Positions 1 to 11,830 of a stretch of DNA of 64,000 bases are shown piece after piece; the stretch's first letter is position 1, and every line of letters begins with the position of its first letter. The stretch is taken from assembly GCF_006345805.1 (NCBI RefSeq), contig NC_042998.1, positions 110,422,001-110,486,000 on the forward strand, in the 5' to 3' direction. The notes below the pieces were generated by a model. The model was not told the DNA's origin and ran no database searches. It worked only from the letters and a program-made list of their open reading frames with translations. A program made the position numbers and the translations under genes. The stretch comes from Octopus sinensis (lineage: Eukaryota).

Positions 1-258
1 GGAGTTGAGAAAGTATGGTGAGCGTAGTGAAGAAAGAATACTCTTGGCGGCTAAAAGTGACCAAAGAGTTACTGAAAGAGTAGGAGGATTCAAGAGCGGA
101 AGGAAGAACAGTACAAACATTTAGCAAGGAAAGGAATAACATGGCTATTTCATGCCAGAAACCGAGACCTAAATGTAAAGGATGATTATTATGGCTGACA
201 GAACGGAACTTCATACGAGAAAATGAAGTGTTAATTACAACCGCTCAAGATTAAGCCA
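1..258 (+). mobile_element. Decayed fragment of an R4/Dong-like non-LTR retrotransposon (region between RT and zinc knuckle)
   Basis: Reads ...HGYFMPET... then WLTERNFIRENEVLITTAQD*AI, similar to HGKYW...WLRSSGLKAETEGFLIAAQDQSL in the element at about 47190-47320. Confidence 0.6.
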
Positions 259-544
259 TAGGGATGATTCTGATAAAGAAAGATTCAATTATATTATTTT
301 GCACAAACAAATGACACATTTCATAAATTACAGCTGTTTCAACACCATTAATAAAATAATTTTTTCAAGAATAATAAAATATCGTTTAAATATAATGAGA
401 TTTCATCAGATAGACATATCTTCGTAAATATCTCACGAAAAATAGCAATTGAAAATTGTCTCCCCAGACACAACAAAATATGATTCAACACACGAACTCA
501 CATAAAGAATCTTGCAAAACAAATCCAAAAACGAAATATCTGCT

Positions 545-1245
545 TATGTGAGTGTTCCATTTATTTCTAATCGTGTTTCTCCTTGAAGAAGGAAGAATAC
601 TCGTGGATTAATCCAGAAATCGGTCCGATTCGGGAATAACGAATTTTTAAAAAATGTCTGTAAGCTTGCTTTCTTTGTTTCAGCACGCTGTGTATTTATA
701 GTGAAAAATATTATATGTGGTTAGACATTCTAAAGTCTATTTTTCAGCATACTGGCATAGAAAATCTTTTCTTTTACCCTTATTTATAATTGTTTATATT
801 TTCACCCTGAAAGGTATTTTAATATGCTGGCCACTGATAATTTCTTTTTCTTTTGAAAAATTTTATTCTTACATTAGAAGTAAATTTATTACGATTCACT
901 TCGGGACTGGTAACCACTTTACGTGAGTTTTCAGACTCGTGTACTGAAGCTTGCTACAGCATTTCTGTTTGTATATATATTTGGGATACTTAAATGTGCT
1001 CATGACTTTGCATCTGCTTTTTCCGTGGGTATATGTGAGTGTTCCATTTATTTCTAATCGTGTTTCTCGCTGAAGAAGGAAGAATCTACGTGGATTAATC
1101 CAGAAATCGGTCCGATTCAGGAATAACGAATTAAAAAAAATTCTGTTAGCTTGTTTTCCCCGTTTCAGCACGCTGTGTATTTATAGTGAAAAATATTGTA
1201 TGCCGTTAGATTTTCTAAAGTCTAGTTCTTTTAGCATACTGGCAT
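545..1245 (+). repeat. Two ~210-bp direct repeats (545-758 and 1032-1245), PLE pseudo-LTR-like
   Basis: TATGTGAGTGTTCCATTTATTTCTAATCGTGTTTCTC...GCATACTGGCATA occurs twice, 487 bp apart. Each copy has a hammerhead-like core. The repeat is directly visible; PLE origin is inference. Confidence 0.8.
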
Positions 1246-1799
1246 ATATATATATACACAATACAAAATGGGACAAGAACGTAAAACATCCGGACAGCTA
1301 GGTGATACAAAAAGGGACAACAAAACATCCAGATAGATGATACAAAGAAAACAAGGATGGGTCATTCGAAGTTTTCTTTCCTCAGTCAAGCACCAGATTA
1401 TCCTCGCAATTTCGGCTAATTATTCTTGAGATTGCTCCAATCTGGCCAGCCCCAAGGAAAAACTAAGCTAAGAGCATTAGATTCCTTGGAAGAAAGCAGC
1501 GAATGTATACAAAAACATGGACGGAAAAAACGGACAATGTTACACAAATATAGATACAATAAAAAATCCAATAAAAATAATAACAGGACATAACAACAGG
1601 TGTCTTTCGACTAAGGACGAATTGAATTAAGCTGGCGCGTGTGGAAATGAAGTCTTACGGCAAAGATAGAAACATTTCACAACACACAAGGAAGAATATC
1701 GATGAAAGCGGGTGGAGCCGCTCTATGTCCTGATTAATGATACATCTAATGATGGTGTCACAACAAAATCACTGGTAATTACTTGACCCGATAATCGTA

Positions 1800-2660
1800 C
1801 CTCATGTGAGTGACAATGAAAAAACAAATATTGTGAATAACCGTGGTAATGAAACTGAAGTCATTGATGGTGACAGTGTTGCACTTAGCAGGCTCGGAGA
1901 TTCTGGTCCGGCTCCAGCCTGTTGATATCCAGAAAGGGGCCAGCAGACACGGCGTAGACGGGGCAAGCAAATTAATGCTGTGGTCATGGAGTGTTACTAC
2001 CTGAGCAATCTGATAGATGAAAATGGTGCTCAAATTAGGGGTTACTGACAACATATGTATAATCATTGGAAGGAAAAGGGATTGTTTCAACTCACGGAAC
2101 ATATATTATGTGATCAAGCTAGAGCAATAAGAAAAAATCGTTGGTTTACAGAAGTAGAGCTCGAAGCTATCAAAAGACGGGCCATGGACAATAGCATCAG
2201 AGATAACAATGAAAATACACTTATTAATAAGAGTAATCTCATAGCACAGGAAAGGAGCAGTGGTAGCTTACTTGATGAGAGACATATAGATGATCTGAAA
2301 GAAGACAATGAAACTAATGGCGACATGACAGATGAACAAAAGGCAAGCTACGACAGGATAAAGGTAAGAATACAGGAGAACGATAGCGACATTATTTGCA
2401 ACTTTAAAAAGGTTGATCGATGGCAATTGAACCAAGAAACGAAAAATGTCAATGAAATTCTGAAATACATCAGAACAAACAACATCACAGAAACAAATAA
2501 TATGATCAAGGCAGCAAGTATTATTGTAGCAGAAAACGTGGGTGTTGATGTCAAGGAAAAGAAACATAATGGTAGTGACGAAAGAAAAGATCCATGGTGG
2601 AAAAGAAGAATCCAGGCAGGAGTAGACATGCTCCCCAAAGAAATCTCTGTGTTAAGTCGA
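1800..2660 (+). mobile_element. N-terminal part of an R4/Dong-like LINE ORF (no RT), decayed
   Basis: ORF 2055-2699 and upstream codons give VVMECYYLS...GY*QHMYNHWKEKG...LCDQARAIRKNRWFTEVELEAIK...DPWWKRRIQ, the pattern I recognise from R4-clade N-termini. It is truncated by a SINE at about 2654. Confidence 0.7.
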
Positions 2661-2804
2661 TTACAACTAGTACTTAATTTATCGACCCCGAAAGGATGAA
2701 AGGCAAAGTCGACTTCGGCGGAATTTGAACTCAGAACGTAGTAAAGTCGGACATAATACCGCTAAGCATTTCGCCCGGTGTGCTAACGATTCTGCCAACT
2801 CGTC
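2654..2804 (-). mobile_element. tRNA-derived SINE, family A
   Basis: Reverse complement has A-box-like TGGCAGAATCGTTAG, B-box GAGTTCAAATTCC and the central GCCTTTCATCCTTTCGGGGTCGATAAATTAAGTAC domain shared with copies at 7407, 44385 and 62042. Confidence 0.85.
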
Positions 2805-3124
2805 AATGATAGCCACACTATCAACAACAATGGAAGCATAATTACCAAGAAAAATTTTTTTTTTTATTTTGTTATACTTCAAATTTCCTTGTCTAACATG
2901 TCTGATCATTTCATAAAGAACATCGATTTTTCTCAGATGTCTGTTTCTCCTAGTCTCCATTTCACCTACCTTTACACAACGTGTGAAACTGTTTCCTTTC
3001 CTTCGTATGCTATAGTAATGTCAACATTCTACAATGTCATCTCAATGTCGCCAGCTTAACACTTTATTTGACTGTTTCGCATTTCTTTCTTAATAAACAG
3101 TTATTGCTGTTGCTGCTGCTGTTG

Positions 3125-3399
3125 AGCGAAGATGGAAGATGTCCGAAACGTGGTCCTTTGCTATTCGTAATACCCGCAGAAGAGAGAGCAGATCAACCCC
3201 CGACACGAGAGCATCGACGGATGGATGAATGCGCATCCAGGCTCAGCGGTTGCGTTGGAAGTCGGGAACAAGAGTGAGAGAAAGTTGGAGCAAAATAGTA
3301 CAACAGGGGTCACCACCATCCCCTGCCGAAGCCTCGTGGAGCTTTAGGTGTTTTCGCTCAATAAACACACACAACGCCCGGTCTGGGAATCGAAACCGC
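3125..3399 (-). mobile_element. Probable SINE (separate family), 5' head partly lost
   Basis: Reverse complement starts GCGGTTTCGATTCCCAGACCGGGCG (B-box-like), has a GC-richer body and ends in a (CAG/CAA)n tail. Confidence 0.5.
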
Positions 3400-3404
3400 T
3401 GTCG

Positions 3405-3598
3405 TTATTGATATTGTTGTTGCTGTTGCTGTTGCTGTTGCTACTGTTATTGCTGGTCTTAGTGACGTTGCTTGTTATTGTTGTTGTTGTTGTTATCATT
3501 GTAGCTGTTATTGTTACGTATTGTTTATTTTGTTGACATTGTTTATGTTTTCTTTTATTGCTGAAACTCCTATCGTTTGATTTAGGAGCAGCAGCAGC

Positions 3599-3645
<47 letters not shown>

Positions 3646-3685
3646 CAGCAGCAGTGGTAGTAGTAGTAGTCGTTGTTGTTGCCGT
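3405..3685. repeat. Compound trinucleotide microsatellite (TTG/CTG/TAG)n
   Basis: Directly visible; explains the poly-Leu ORFs 3348-3536 and 3514-3717. Confidence 0.95.
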
Positions 3686-4974
3686 TGTTTAAAGATTTGC
3701 AAGTTCAAAAGAACCAAGTCCGTCGTCTTGGAAACGTATGTGTCAGAGAATGTGGTGTATTGCGAATTAAGCTAAATGAAAATTCTTTAGATGCAGACTA
3801 GATGTTCGTGCGCACAACAACTGTTCTATCCTAGATATGTGAGAAATGTTCAAATGCCACGGATTGAAATTGTCTTTTAAAAGTTCAGCTAGTGTTCAGA
3901 GCTAAAGTATTTTCTGCAATTTGAATGCTCAACGTACTAGAAACTGCACACAAATTGCCCTCAAATTTTACCTCACCGTCTTGACGAAAGAAAAGACACT
4001 TAGAAGGATATAATCCTACTCACCCCTAAAAAGACAGGATGATTATGGCTGGGTTACCTTTGAACATAATTCTACTCTCCCAGGGTTACTTATGATTTAA
4101 CAAATACAAAAGCAGCTACAACGAAATGAGATCTCATACAAGTAATTGAATTTCCCTCAACTTTCAATTTATGGAACATAGGATCGAATACAAGAACATG
4201 TTAGCAAAGAGATTAGGTACCATTAATATCTTTTTTTAGTTTATGATACACAGCATCAAGCATAAGGTTTTGTTAGCAAACAGATTGTGTGTCATCATAA
4301 TCGCTTTCAGATTATGGGATACAAACCAAAATGCAACATTCAGTAAAGATTGTTTTAGTGATACTCAAAGACTGGTTGAATTAACTTTACGCAAATATTC
4401 AGGAATTTACCTCTGGGAAGAGCCATTTTAATAATCCAAAAATATGGAAAAACAGTGAAATTTACTTCTCATCTAATTTCTTCCCTAAGTTTTCGTCGCA
4501 ACATCGACACAGTTCCACACCTCAAGAACTAAAAGAAAAACGAATTTAAATGTTTTTGTGAGTTTTAGATGGCTAATATGGCTCCTCCATAATCAAGACA
4601 CTTGCTAGACAAGTGCAACTTCGAAATATAAGACTTCCTAATACTTTATGGCACTTAACTATCATTTTTAATATGCTGTGTTATTCAAATATTTAGTCAG
4701 GCTATCTACGGACACCATTACCAGTTGCTCAGAAGGAAAACATGATTTTTCTATTTTGTTTACATACATGTGTGAAATGGCAAATGTTTGTGCAGTTGTC
4801 CGAAATGGAACCAGGGTAAATGTGTGGAACTGATGTATTATAATGAATAGTCCTTCTTGTTGTGAATATTAATTTGATTAATATGAACTGAAAACCAGTG
4901 GTGTAGCATAAAAGACCATAGGTGATCTTCTAGCAAAAAGGATGACCAGTCTGACTGGCTCATCCCTGTCACAC

Positions 4975-5082
4975 ACTCACACACACGCACACACACACAC
5001 AGACACACACGCACCCTCACACACACACACACACACGCACACACACACACACACACACACTCACACACACGCACACACACAC
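4975..5082. repeat. (CA)n microsatellite
   Basis: Directly visible. Confidence 0.95.
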
Positions 5083-5200
5083 GGTAAAAATTTTCGAAAA
5101 AGTTTGGGGAAAAATTTTCAGTGAAAATTTTCGAAGAATTTTTGGGTAAAATTTTCGAAAAATTTTGGGGGAAAATTTTCGGTGAAAATTTCCGAAAATT
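5083..5200. repeat. Short array built from the palindrome GAAAATTTTC and variants
   Basis: AAAATTTTCG / GAAAATTTTC / GAAAATTTCC recurs about seven times with G/T-rich spacers. Confidence 0.85.
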
Positions 5201-5789
5201 TCAACATTTTGGATTAACAACTGAAAAAAGATGGTATAGGCACATACCAGAAAAATATTATCTACCATTTCTTCAGCGGGACCTCGCGTGATTTGTGTCG
5301 CTTGCCTATGACTTCCAGTACGTATATTTGCACCAGGTGTATTGATGAATAAATATGCTCTCATGCTCATAAATAGCAGCTTGACCACGAGCTGGCAAAG
5401 CACATACAATGTGTATGTTTGTTCGATATTGTTTATATTTTGGGGGCTGCTTCTTATTCATATTTGAATAATAATTAGTTTTATTCCCGAAAAAGTTCAA
5501 TTGATGAGGAGAGAAAAATATCTAAATACAGACGAAAACAACTAAATATAAACGTTCAAACTGCAGTGTTATTGTCATTGAATAGAAAAAGTGAGATGAA
5601 CATGATGAACGGTAAAACGATAAGAGAATAACTCCAAAGTAGTGCTTGGAACGGAGGTATATATCATGTGGTCGTCACATTAACTATAACAGGAAAAGTT
5701 GTCATGGTGATACCTGCACAGAACCCTAAGCAAAGTAGCAGAAAACTTATAGAGAGGAGTACATGAGCCGCGCACACGTCTACGAGTGG

Positions 5790-6112
5790 TTTAGACGTTT
5801 TCAAGATGGCCGAAAAATGTCGATACTGACGAATGTTCTGGGAGACCCACAACCAGCAGAACTAAGAAAAACATTGCAGATGTTCGTGCAGCTGTGAGGG
5901 GCAATCGATGAATCACCATCCGTGAGTTATCAGAGGATGTGCAGATTAGTTACGGTTCAATTTGGTCCATTATCACTGAAGGTTTTGGGTATGAGACGCG
6001 TGTCTGCCAAGTTTGTGCCAAAACTGCTTTCAGCCAACGAAAAGAACACTCGAATTTCAGTTGCACAATATCTCCTTGATTGTGTTAAGAACGATGAAAA
6101 CTTTTTGAAACT
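5790..6112 (+). mobile_element. Mariner transposase N-terminal fragment
   Basis: Frameshifted translation ...NR*ITIRELSEDVQISYGSIWSIITEG-LGMRRVSAKFVPKLLSANEKNTRISVAQYLLDCVKNDENFLK has the HTH region and the FVPKLL equivalent of the WVPHEL motif. Confidence 0.8.
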
Positions 6113-7406
6113 TTTGCGTAGGCCTCTGAGCAGGTATCACCAAGCTTCTGGAAAACTTTGAAGTAGATTCCTGCTCAACATTCTCTCATGGTCAATGCGA
6201 TGATCACACGCTACACTCCTTCCTTCCAAGCACTCCTGTAAACATCAGAAGTGAACCGGGACGTTAACATTTAGTGTGCAAGCATATCAGTGATCAAGGT
6301 CAACGTGTGTCAAGCAGCTTTACTTTCAGCTTTATATCTTCGTTACTATAACAAGAGTCCGGATACTTATTGATCAGACCAAAATGTATAAAATAGCAGA
6401 TGAAATCCACAATTCAGCAAAACTCCGATATTTAACGAGTATTCTAGCATGAACAACGACTAATGCATGACGCGCGGCGAAGAACAGGTTAAAGACTTTC
6501 ACTGAGAATATATCGTAAGCAATGATTCTTGTTTGCTAATCCACTAATATTCCATCCTCTAATCCACGACTTTGTATTGAAATATCTTCCTGAAAACTTA
6601 GTGAGACTCACCACCTGTTGTCTATAATTGTACTTACAATAAAAATTAACACTTACAGATGGACATTTTCATTGACATTAGTTTCTTGAATGAAACAGTC
6701 AATCAGCCCGACAAATAAAAGATATTCACTAGATTGGACAAAAATCAATGCAGAATCATACAAGGAAATTGTTATTCCACTTACTCAATTAACTTCTTTC
6801 CCTTCTGTCAATTCTGCACTTTGTCACAACTCCAAAGTATTGATGAAAATTATGAAAGCGGCATTGGGTGGTGGTTTGATAACCAAATCTATATCAACGG
6901 GAAAATATTTCTTGGGTGAAAATACAAGTATCAGCTGTTATATGCAGTCATATACTCATTATTAAACGAAGTGGATAAACTTAATTTAAAGTGACTGCCT
7001 TCAAATATTTTACAATCGATATATTCTCTTTTCCCACCTTCATTTTATATAGAAAATAAGCAAGCTTTGCAGTCTTAATTTGGATTGTAAATTTATCGAA
7101 TCAAACACATTGCATATTCATTTATATAATTTTCATATTGCCAGTGAAGAATAGCTTAGCTTACTATACAAGAGTTTTCTTTGCAGATTTCGCTTCTGAT
7201 ATATAAAGAGACACATTGAGTTCTAAACAGCCCTAATGAGTTTAGAGGGATATATCACCCGAGCAGATTCATTACCGTAGTACCTTTCAGTTATGTTCCA
7301 GGTTACGGCTAATCATATCGATTATTAGTTAACGTTTATGATTACTAGGAGTTGTCACTCACGCTGCAAATTCCTCTGACGGATAATTCCGCTTCCTGGA
7401 GTAAAA

Positions 7407-7580
7407 GGCGGGGAGATGGCAGAATCACTAGCATGCTGGACGAAATGCTTGGCGGTATTTCGCCCGTCGATACGTTCTAAGTTCAAATTCAGCTGAAGTA
7501 GACTTTGCTTTCATCTTTTCGAGGTCGATAAATTAAGTCCCAGTTGCGTACTGGGGTCGATCTGATCGACTGGACCCCTC
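7407..7580 (+). mobile_element. tRNA-derived SINE, family A
   Basis: GGCGGGGAGATGGCAGAATCACTAG...AAGTTCAAATTC...TTTCATCTTTTCGAGGTCGATAAATTAAGTCCCAG; matches the other family A copies. Confidence 0.8.
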
Positions 7581-8081
7581 CCACGATATGTCACGGCTTA
7601 TGCTTATAATAGGAAGGAATATATTTATCTGGGGTATATATTTGCAGCAATTATAACGATAGAAAATATGGTGACCGGTACATCATAAAAATTATTACCT
7701 CTTATTTTACAATGTTATAATATTACGATGACTTACACGTCTTTCCGTTGCACAGAGTACAAGGAGATGCATATGCAACCAGGCATAATTTTCTGTACAT
7801 CTTCGTTCTGCGTCCTCCAAACAGTTTGGTTCGAAGCGAAATGAGTTCGTTAGTTGTTTATTGGCTAAGGTTCAAGAGAAAGCGCGGGAAAGTTACTTTG
7901 CATTTGAAATTCTATCTGAGGATAAAATTATATGGTTGACATCGGCTTTACACAAGTTGCTGGCCAAAAGTGGGAATCTATCTAGTTAGGTCAAAGTTTA
8001 TTTTACCTGTTTTGACAGCCTTATTTGTATATTGTAGTAGATGGGTATTTAATAAGCTTAATTTCAAACATAGTATTTTTC

Positions 8082-8204
8082 TATGTATGTATGTATGTAT
8101 GTATGTATGTATGTATGTATGTATGTATGTATGTATGTATGTATGTATGTATGTATGTATATATATATATATTATATATATATATATATAATATATATAT
8201 ATAC

Positions 8205-8263
<59 letters not shown>

Positions 8264-8280
8264 TATGAGTGTGTGTGTGT
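8082..8280. repeat. Compound (TATG)n-(TA)n-(TG)n microsatellite
   Basis: Directly visible; source of the MYVC/IYIY ORFs. Confidence 0.95.
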
Positions 8281-8528
8281 GGATGTTTACTCCTTCTGCA
8301 GGGTCTGACCACTGCTTGTACTTACACCTTAAATCCATCATGACGTCTGAGGTGGATTTTCAATACATCCACATTGATTGTGTATCTGATTTGGATAATC
8401 AAGAGTTCCAGTTAAATTCTTAAAGTGTCTTTTGAGGCCTATAAACACATCACAATAAACAAATGAACTGTGTGGTTGTTCAGCAAGAAATTGTCCAACG
8501 CTAATACATCGTCTAACAACGGGAGAGT

Positions 8529-8580
8529 TCAAAGCCTTGTGAGTAGATATGGTAGATGGAAACTGAAAAAGCCCGTCGTA

Positions 8581-8642
<62 letters not shown>

Positions 8643-8850
8643 CTTGTGTGGTGTCTGTGCTTGTCCACCCAATATCGCTTGACAACCGATGCAGGGGTGT
8701 TTACGTCCCCGTAACTTAGCGGTTCGGCAAAAGAGACGATAGAATAAGTTCTTGGCTTACAAAGAATAAGTCCTGGGGTCGATTCCCTCGACTATAGGCT
8801 GTGCTCCAGCATGGCCGCAGTCAAATGACTGAAACAAGTAAAAGAGTAAG
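8529..8850 (+). mobile_element. tRNA-derived SINE, family B (CORE-like), 5'-truncated, with internal (TA)n
   Basis: AAAGCCTTGTGAGTAGATATGGTAGATGGAAACTGAAAAAGCCCGTCG-(TA)n-...GTAACTTAGCGGTTCGGC...CCAGCATGGCCGCAGTCAAATGACTGAAACAAGTAAAAGAG; same body as the copies at 33712 and 41116. Confidence 0.85.
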
Positions 8851-8862
8851 TGTAAAAGAGTA

Positions 8863-8938
<76 letters not shown>

Positions 8939-9380
8939 TTTTCATTTATTTTATTCTTTTACTTTATCTTCCTCTACCTCCTCATCCTCTCTGTTATCTT
9001 CTCGGTTATCTTTGTACACTATATTCATAGACGCTATATGTCTATATACCTTACTTCATTATTAAACCTAACCCTTACTCTATCTACCTCTCTTTCTATT
9101 TATTTAATTTTCTTTTCTTTTACCACTTAATAGCCACCTCCGCTACCATTCCGTCAGTGAACGTTGATATGTTCGCGTCTTTTTTCTGGATATTTACTAT
9201 ATCGGGACTTTAACCCAAAGGGATCTATGCAGGATTGCACCCTTATGGAATTATTTCTACAACATTGGGAAATTGAACTGTGAACATGTATGCTTCTTTT
9301 TTCTTCTCCCACTTTATTTCCTTATTCTTTTCCTCCTGTCCTCTATGTCATTAATCTATAACCTTCTCATTTGCCTATTT

Positions 9381-9436
9381 GTCTCTGATGACAGAATATC
9401 CCATACTCTAGGATATCCCAGAAACAGCTGTAAAAC
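9381..9436 (+). ncRNA. Degenerate minimal type-I hammerhead ribozyme motif in a PLE-like remnant
   Basis: GTCT-CTGATGA-C-AGAATATCC-catactcta-GGATATCCC-A-GAAA-CAGCTG-TA-AAAC. Core boxes are intact and helix III is the palindrome ACAGCTGT; stems I and II carry mismatches. Confidence 0.6.
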
Positions 9437-9507
9437 GTTTCCAATAATAATAACGTATATGTCTTGAGATGTTTGCTTTGCCTTAACGTTTGTTGTCCTA
9501 TTTAACA

Positions 9508-9610
<103 letters not shown>

Positions 9611-9737
9611 TAGTCAAGGAACTAAAGTTCGTTAAGGAATACAAGCATCCTGGTACTCCGATTTTTACCAGCGTTCAGTGAAAACCAAGGATATTAGTTT
9701 ATCATTGAAACATATAGGTATTTAAAACATTTATGAA

Positions 9738-10998
9738 TGAGAAAATGAACAAAATAGAAAAAAATGACACAACAGACGTTATTTATTTACAGACATTGAA
9801 ATTCATGCAGAGAAATTCCTACTTACTGCTGTTTCCACACCTAATCAATTCAGTTATAGATATAAAATCCAAATTTCCATATTCGAAACCAGTCAATCGC
9901 GTATTTCTTAGTGCGTTCCTCAGAAAAAACGTTATTACCATATATATAAATAAAAACATTCAGCATATTCGCGCTCGTGCAAATATGATATACATTAGTT
10001 CATTGATGGTGTTATAATAGTTAAAAAGATATTATAGAGAGAAAGAAAATGATAGATAAAAACTAGTTAGTAGGGGAGAACGTTATAGATAAAGTGTAAA
10101 GGAGAGGGTAGCTAAATATATCAAGTAGTTGAGTATATACTTGTTAACAATACCAAGATTAATAAAATATATTATCTCAAATTCCTTTAATTCTATCTAA
10201 ATCTGTTACGTTATCAATATTTGCGTAAATATTCGGTCAATACTTATTATGTAAACATGAGCAGAACCTACAAATTATTAGATGTTAAATATAGAAAATA
10301 TATATGTTAACTATGTACACTAAAGCTGTTATTACTTTAAGATAATGTTATATCTTAAGTTTAATTTAATAAGTTACTATAGTCATTTTAACTAAATATT
10401 TCAGAGAACTATGTTTAATCAAAGTTATAGTAAAATAGATACACATAACCACTTATATTAGATTTAACCTATATTTATAATATTTGATTAGTATATTATA
10501 CTTATTTGGTATACTAAACCCGACAAACTACATTATAGCAAAAATATTGATATCTCTAAGTCCCCGCCCATTAACTAGATTCTATCTATCATTTTCTTTC
10601 TATCTATAATATCTGTATCTTAACTACCATAACACCATCAATGAACTATTGTGTATCATATTTGCACGAACACAAATATAGTGAATGTGTTTAATTATAT
10701 ATATGATAATATATATTATCATATATATATTTCTGAGGAACGCTTCTCTTCAAGAAAACACACACATTGTCGTAGAAACACACACATTGTCGAGGTTAAC
10801 CTACACATTGAAACGTAACTTCCTTTTGGAAATTTTCGCTGGGGAGATACCGAATTGGCTGGTTTCGAATATGGGAATTTCGCTTTATCTCTGTAACTGG
10901 TGTGGAAACAACTGTAGGCAGGAATTTCTCTGCATGAATTTGAATGTCTAGATAATAACGTCTGTACATCAATTTTTCTATTTTCTTTATTTCTCATG
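9738..10998. repeat. Long imperfect inverted repeat (arms about 9738-10090 and 10550-10998) around an AT-rich spacer
   Basis: ATTCATGCAGAGAAATTCCT (~9801) is the reverse complement of AGGAATTTCTCTGCATGAAT (~10920). TAGTTCATTGATGGTGTTAT and ATAACACCATCAATGAACTA also pair. The right arm has a ~95-bp insertion. Confidence 0.85.
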
Positions 10999-11057
10999 CA
11001 CACACAAACAAAGACACACACCCGCACACACACAACACACACACACATATATACATG

Positions 11058-11111
<54 letters not shown>

Positions 11112-11636
11112 CATACATACACACACAAACACACATATATAACTAATTTAGAGACGAACCACCATTCCACAACTCAGTCAATGAAGAACCCATCCAAAAT
11201 AAAGCCAAAAAGCAAATTAAACATAATTTGGGATTTTGCGGAAGGTCAATATTGGCAACTAAAAACAGGACAGAAAAAACAAACAGGAAGGGCTGCCAAG
11301 CCTGAACGAGTTGAGTTTGTGAACGCACAAGTACAAGCTTTGACAGGAGACTGACAAGAATGCGTCTTATCACTGTGATTGAGAAGAGAGAATGAAATTC
11401 CAGTTAGGAAAAGAAAGATGGCCGGTGCTCACGTGCGAGCAAATAGAGAGCGAAGTTAAAAGAGTGAGGGAGAGAGAGGCAAAGACAGAGAACGGCGAAG
11501 GGGAGAAGAAAAGAATTAGAGAAAAGCATGAGAGAGAAAAAGCGAAAGGGGGTGAAGCGGAGATAAAAAGTATTAGACAGAGGAAACGAAACAGGAGAAT
11601 CAGAAGAGATAGGATAAGTATCGCATCAAAATTATT

Positions 11637-11830
11637 AAGATAAAACTTACTTGGAAATGGATGCGTGACCTTCAATCATAAAATTATATAAATAATATAT
11701 AAATATATATGCGTACATACATATATGCACATAAATGCATATATTGTCACAGGACACCACAGAACGTAAACAACATGAAATACGAAAATAACAAAAAATA
11801 CAAAAACATGGAATACGAAGTTGTTGTGCG
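11637..11830 (-). repeat. Dispersed repeat, second copy at about 22165-22370
   Basis: GATAAAACTTACTTGGAAATGGATGCGTG...ACAGGACACC...AAAAACATGGAA is shared by both loci. Confidence 0.75.

Noticed and set aside
3128-3156. GCGAAGATGGAAGATGTCCGAAACGTGGTC, hammerhead-like
   Set aside because: The CUGANGA box is broken, there is no convincing stem I, and it lies on the antisense of a SINE-like tail.
6560-6965. Apparent small GT-AG intron and flanking ORFs on the minus strand
   Set aside because: Every phase meets a stop within a few dozen codons and I see no recognisable homology.
8025-8945. Many 60-150-aa ORFs rich in IY/YV/CV/HT, here and at 16, 21-22, 31-36 and 41 kb
   Set aside because: They are translations of (TA)n, (TATG)n and (CA)n microsatellites that lack stop codons in some frames.
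10095-10550. Extremely AT-rich spacer, possible mitochondrial insertion
   Set aside because: No recognisable mitochondrial gene, rRNA or tRNA motif.
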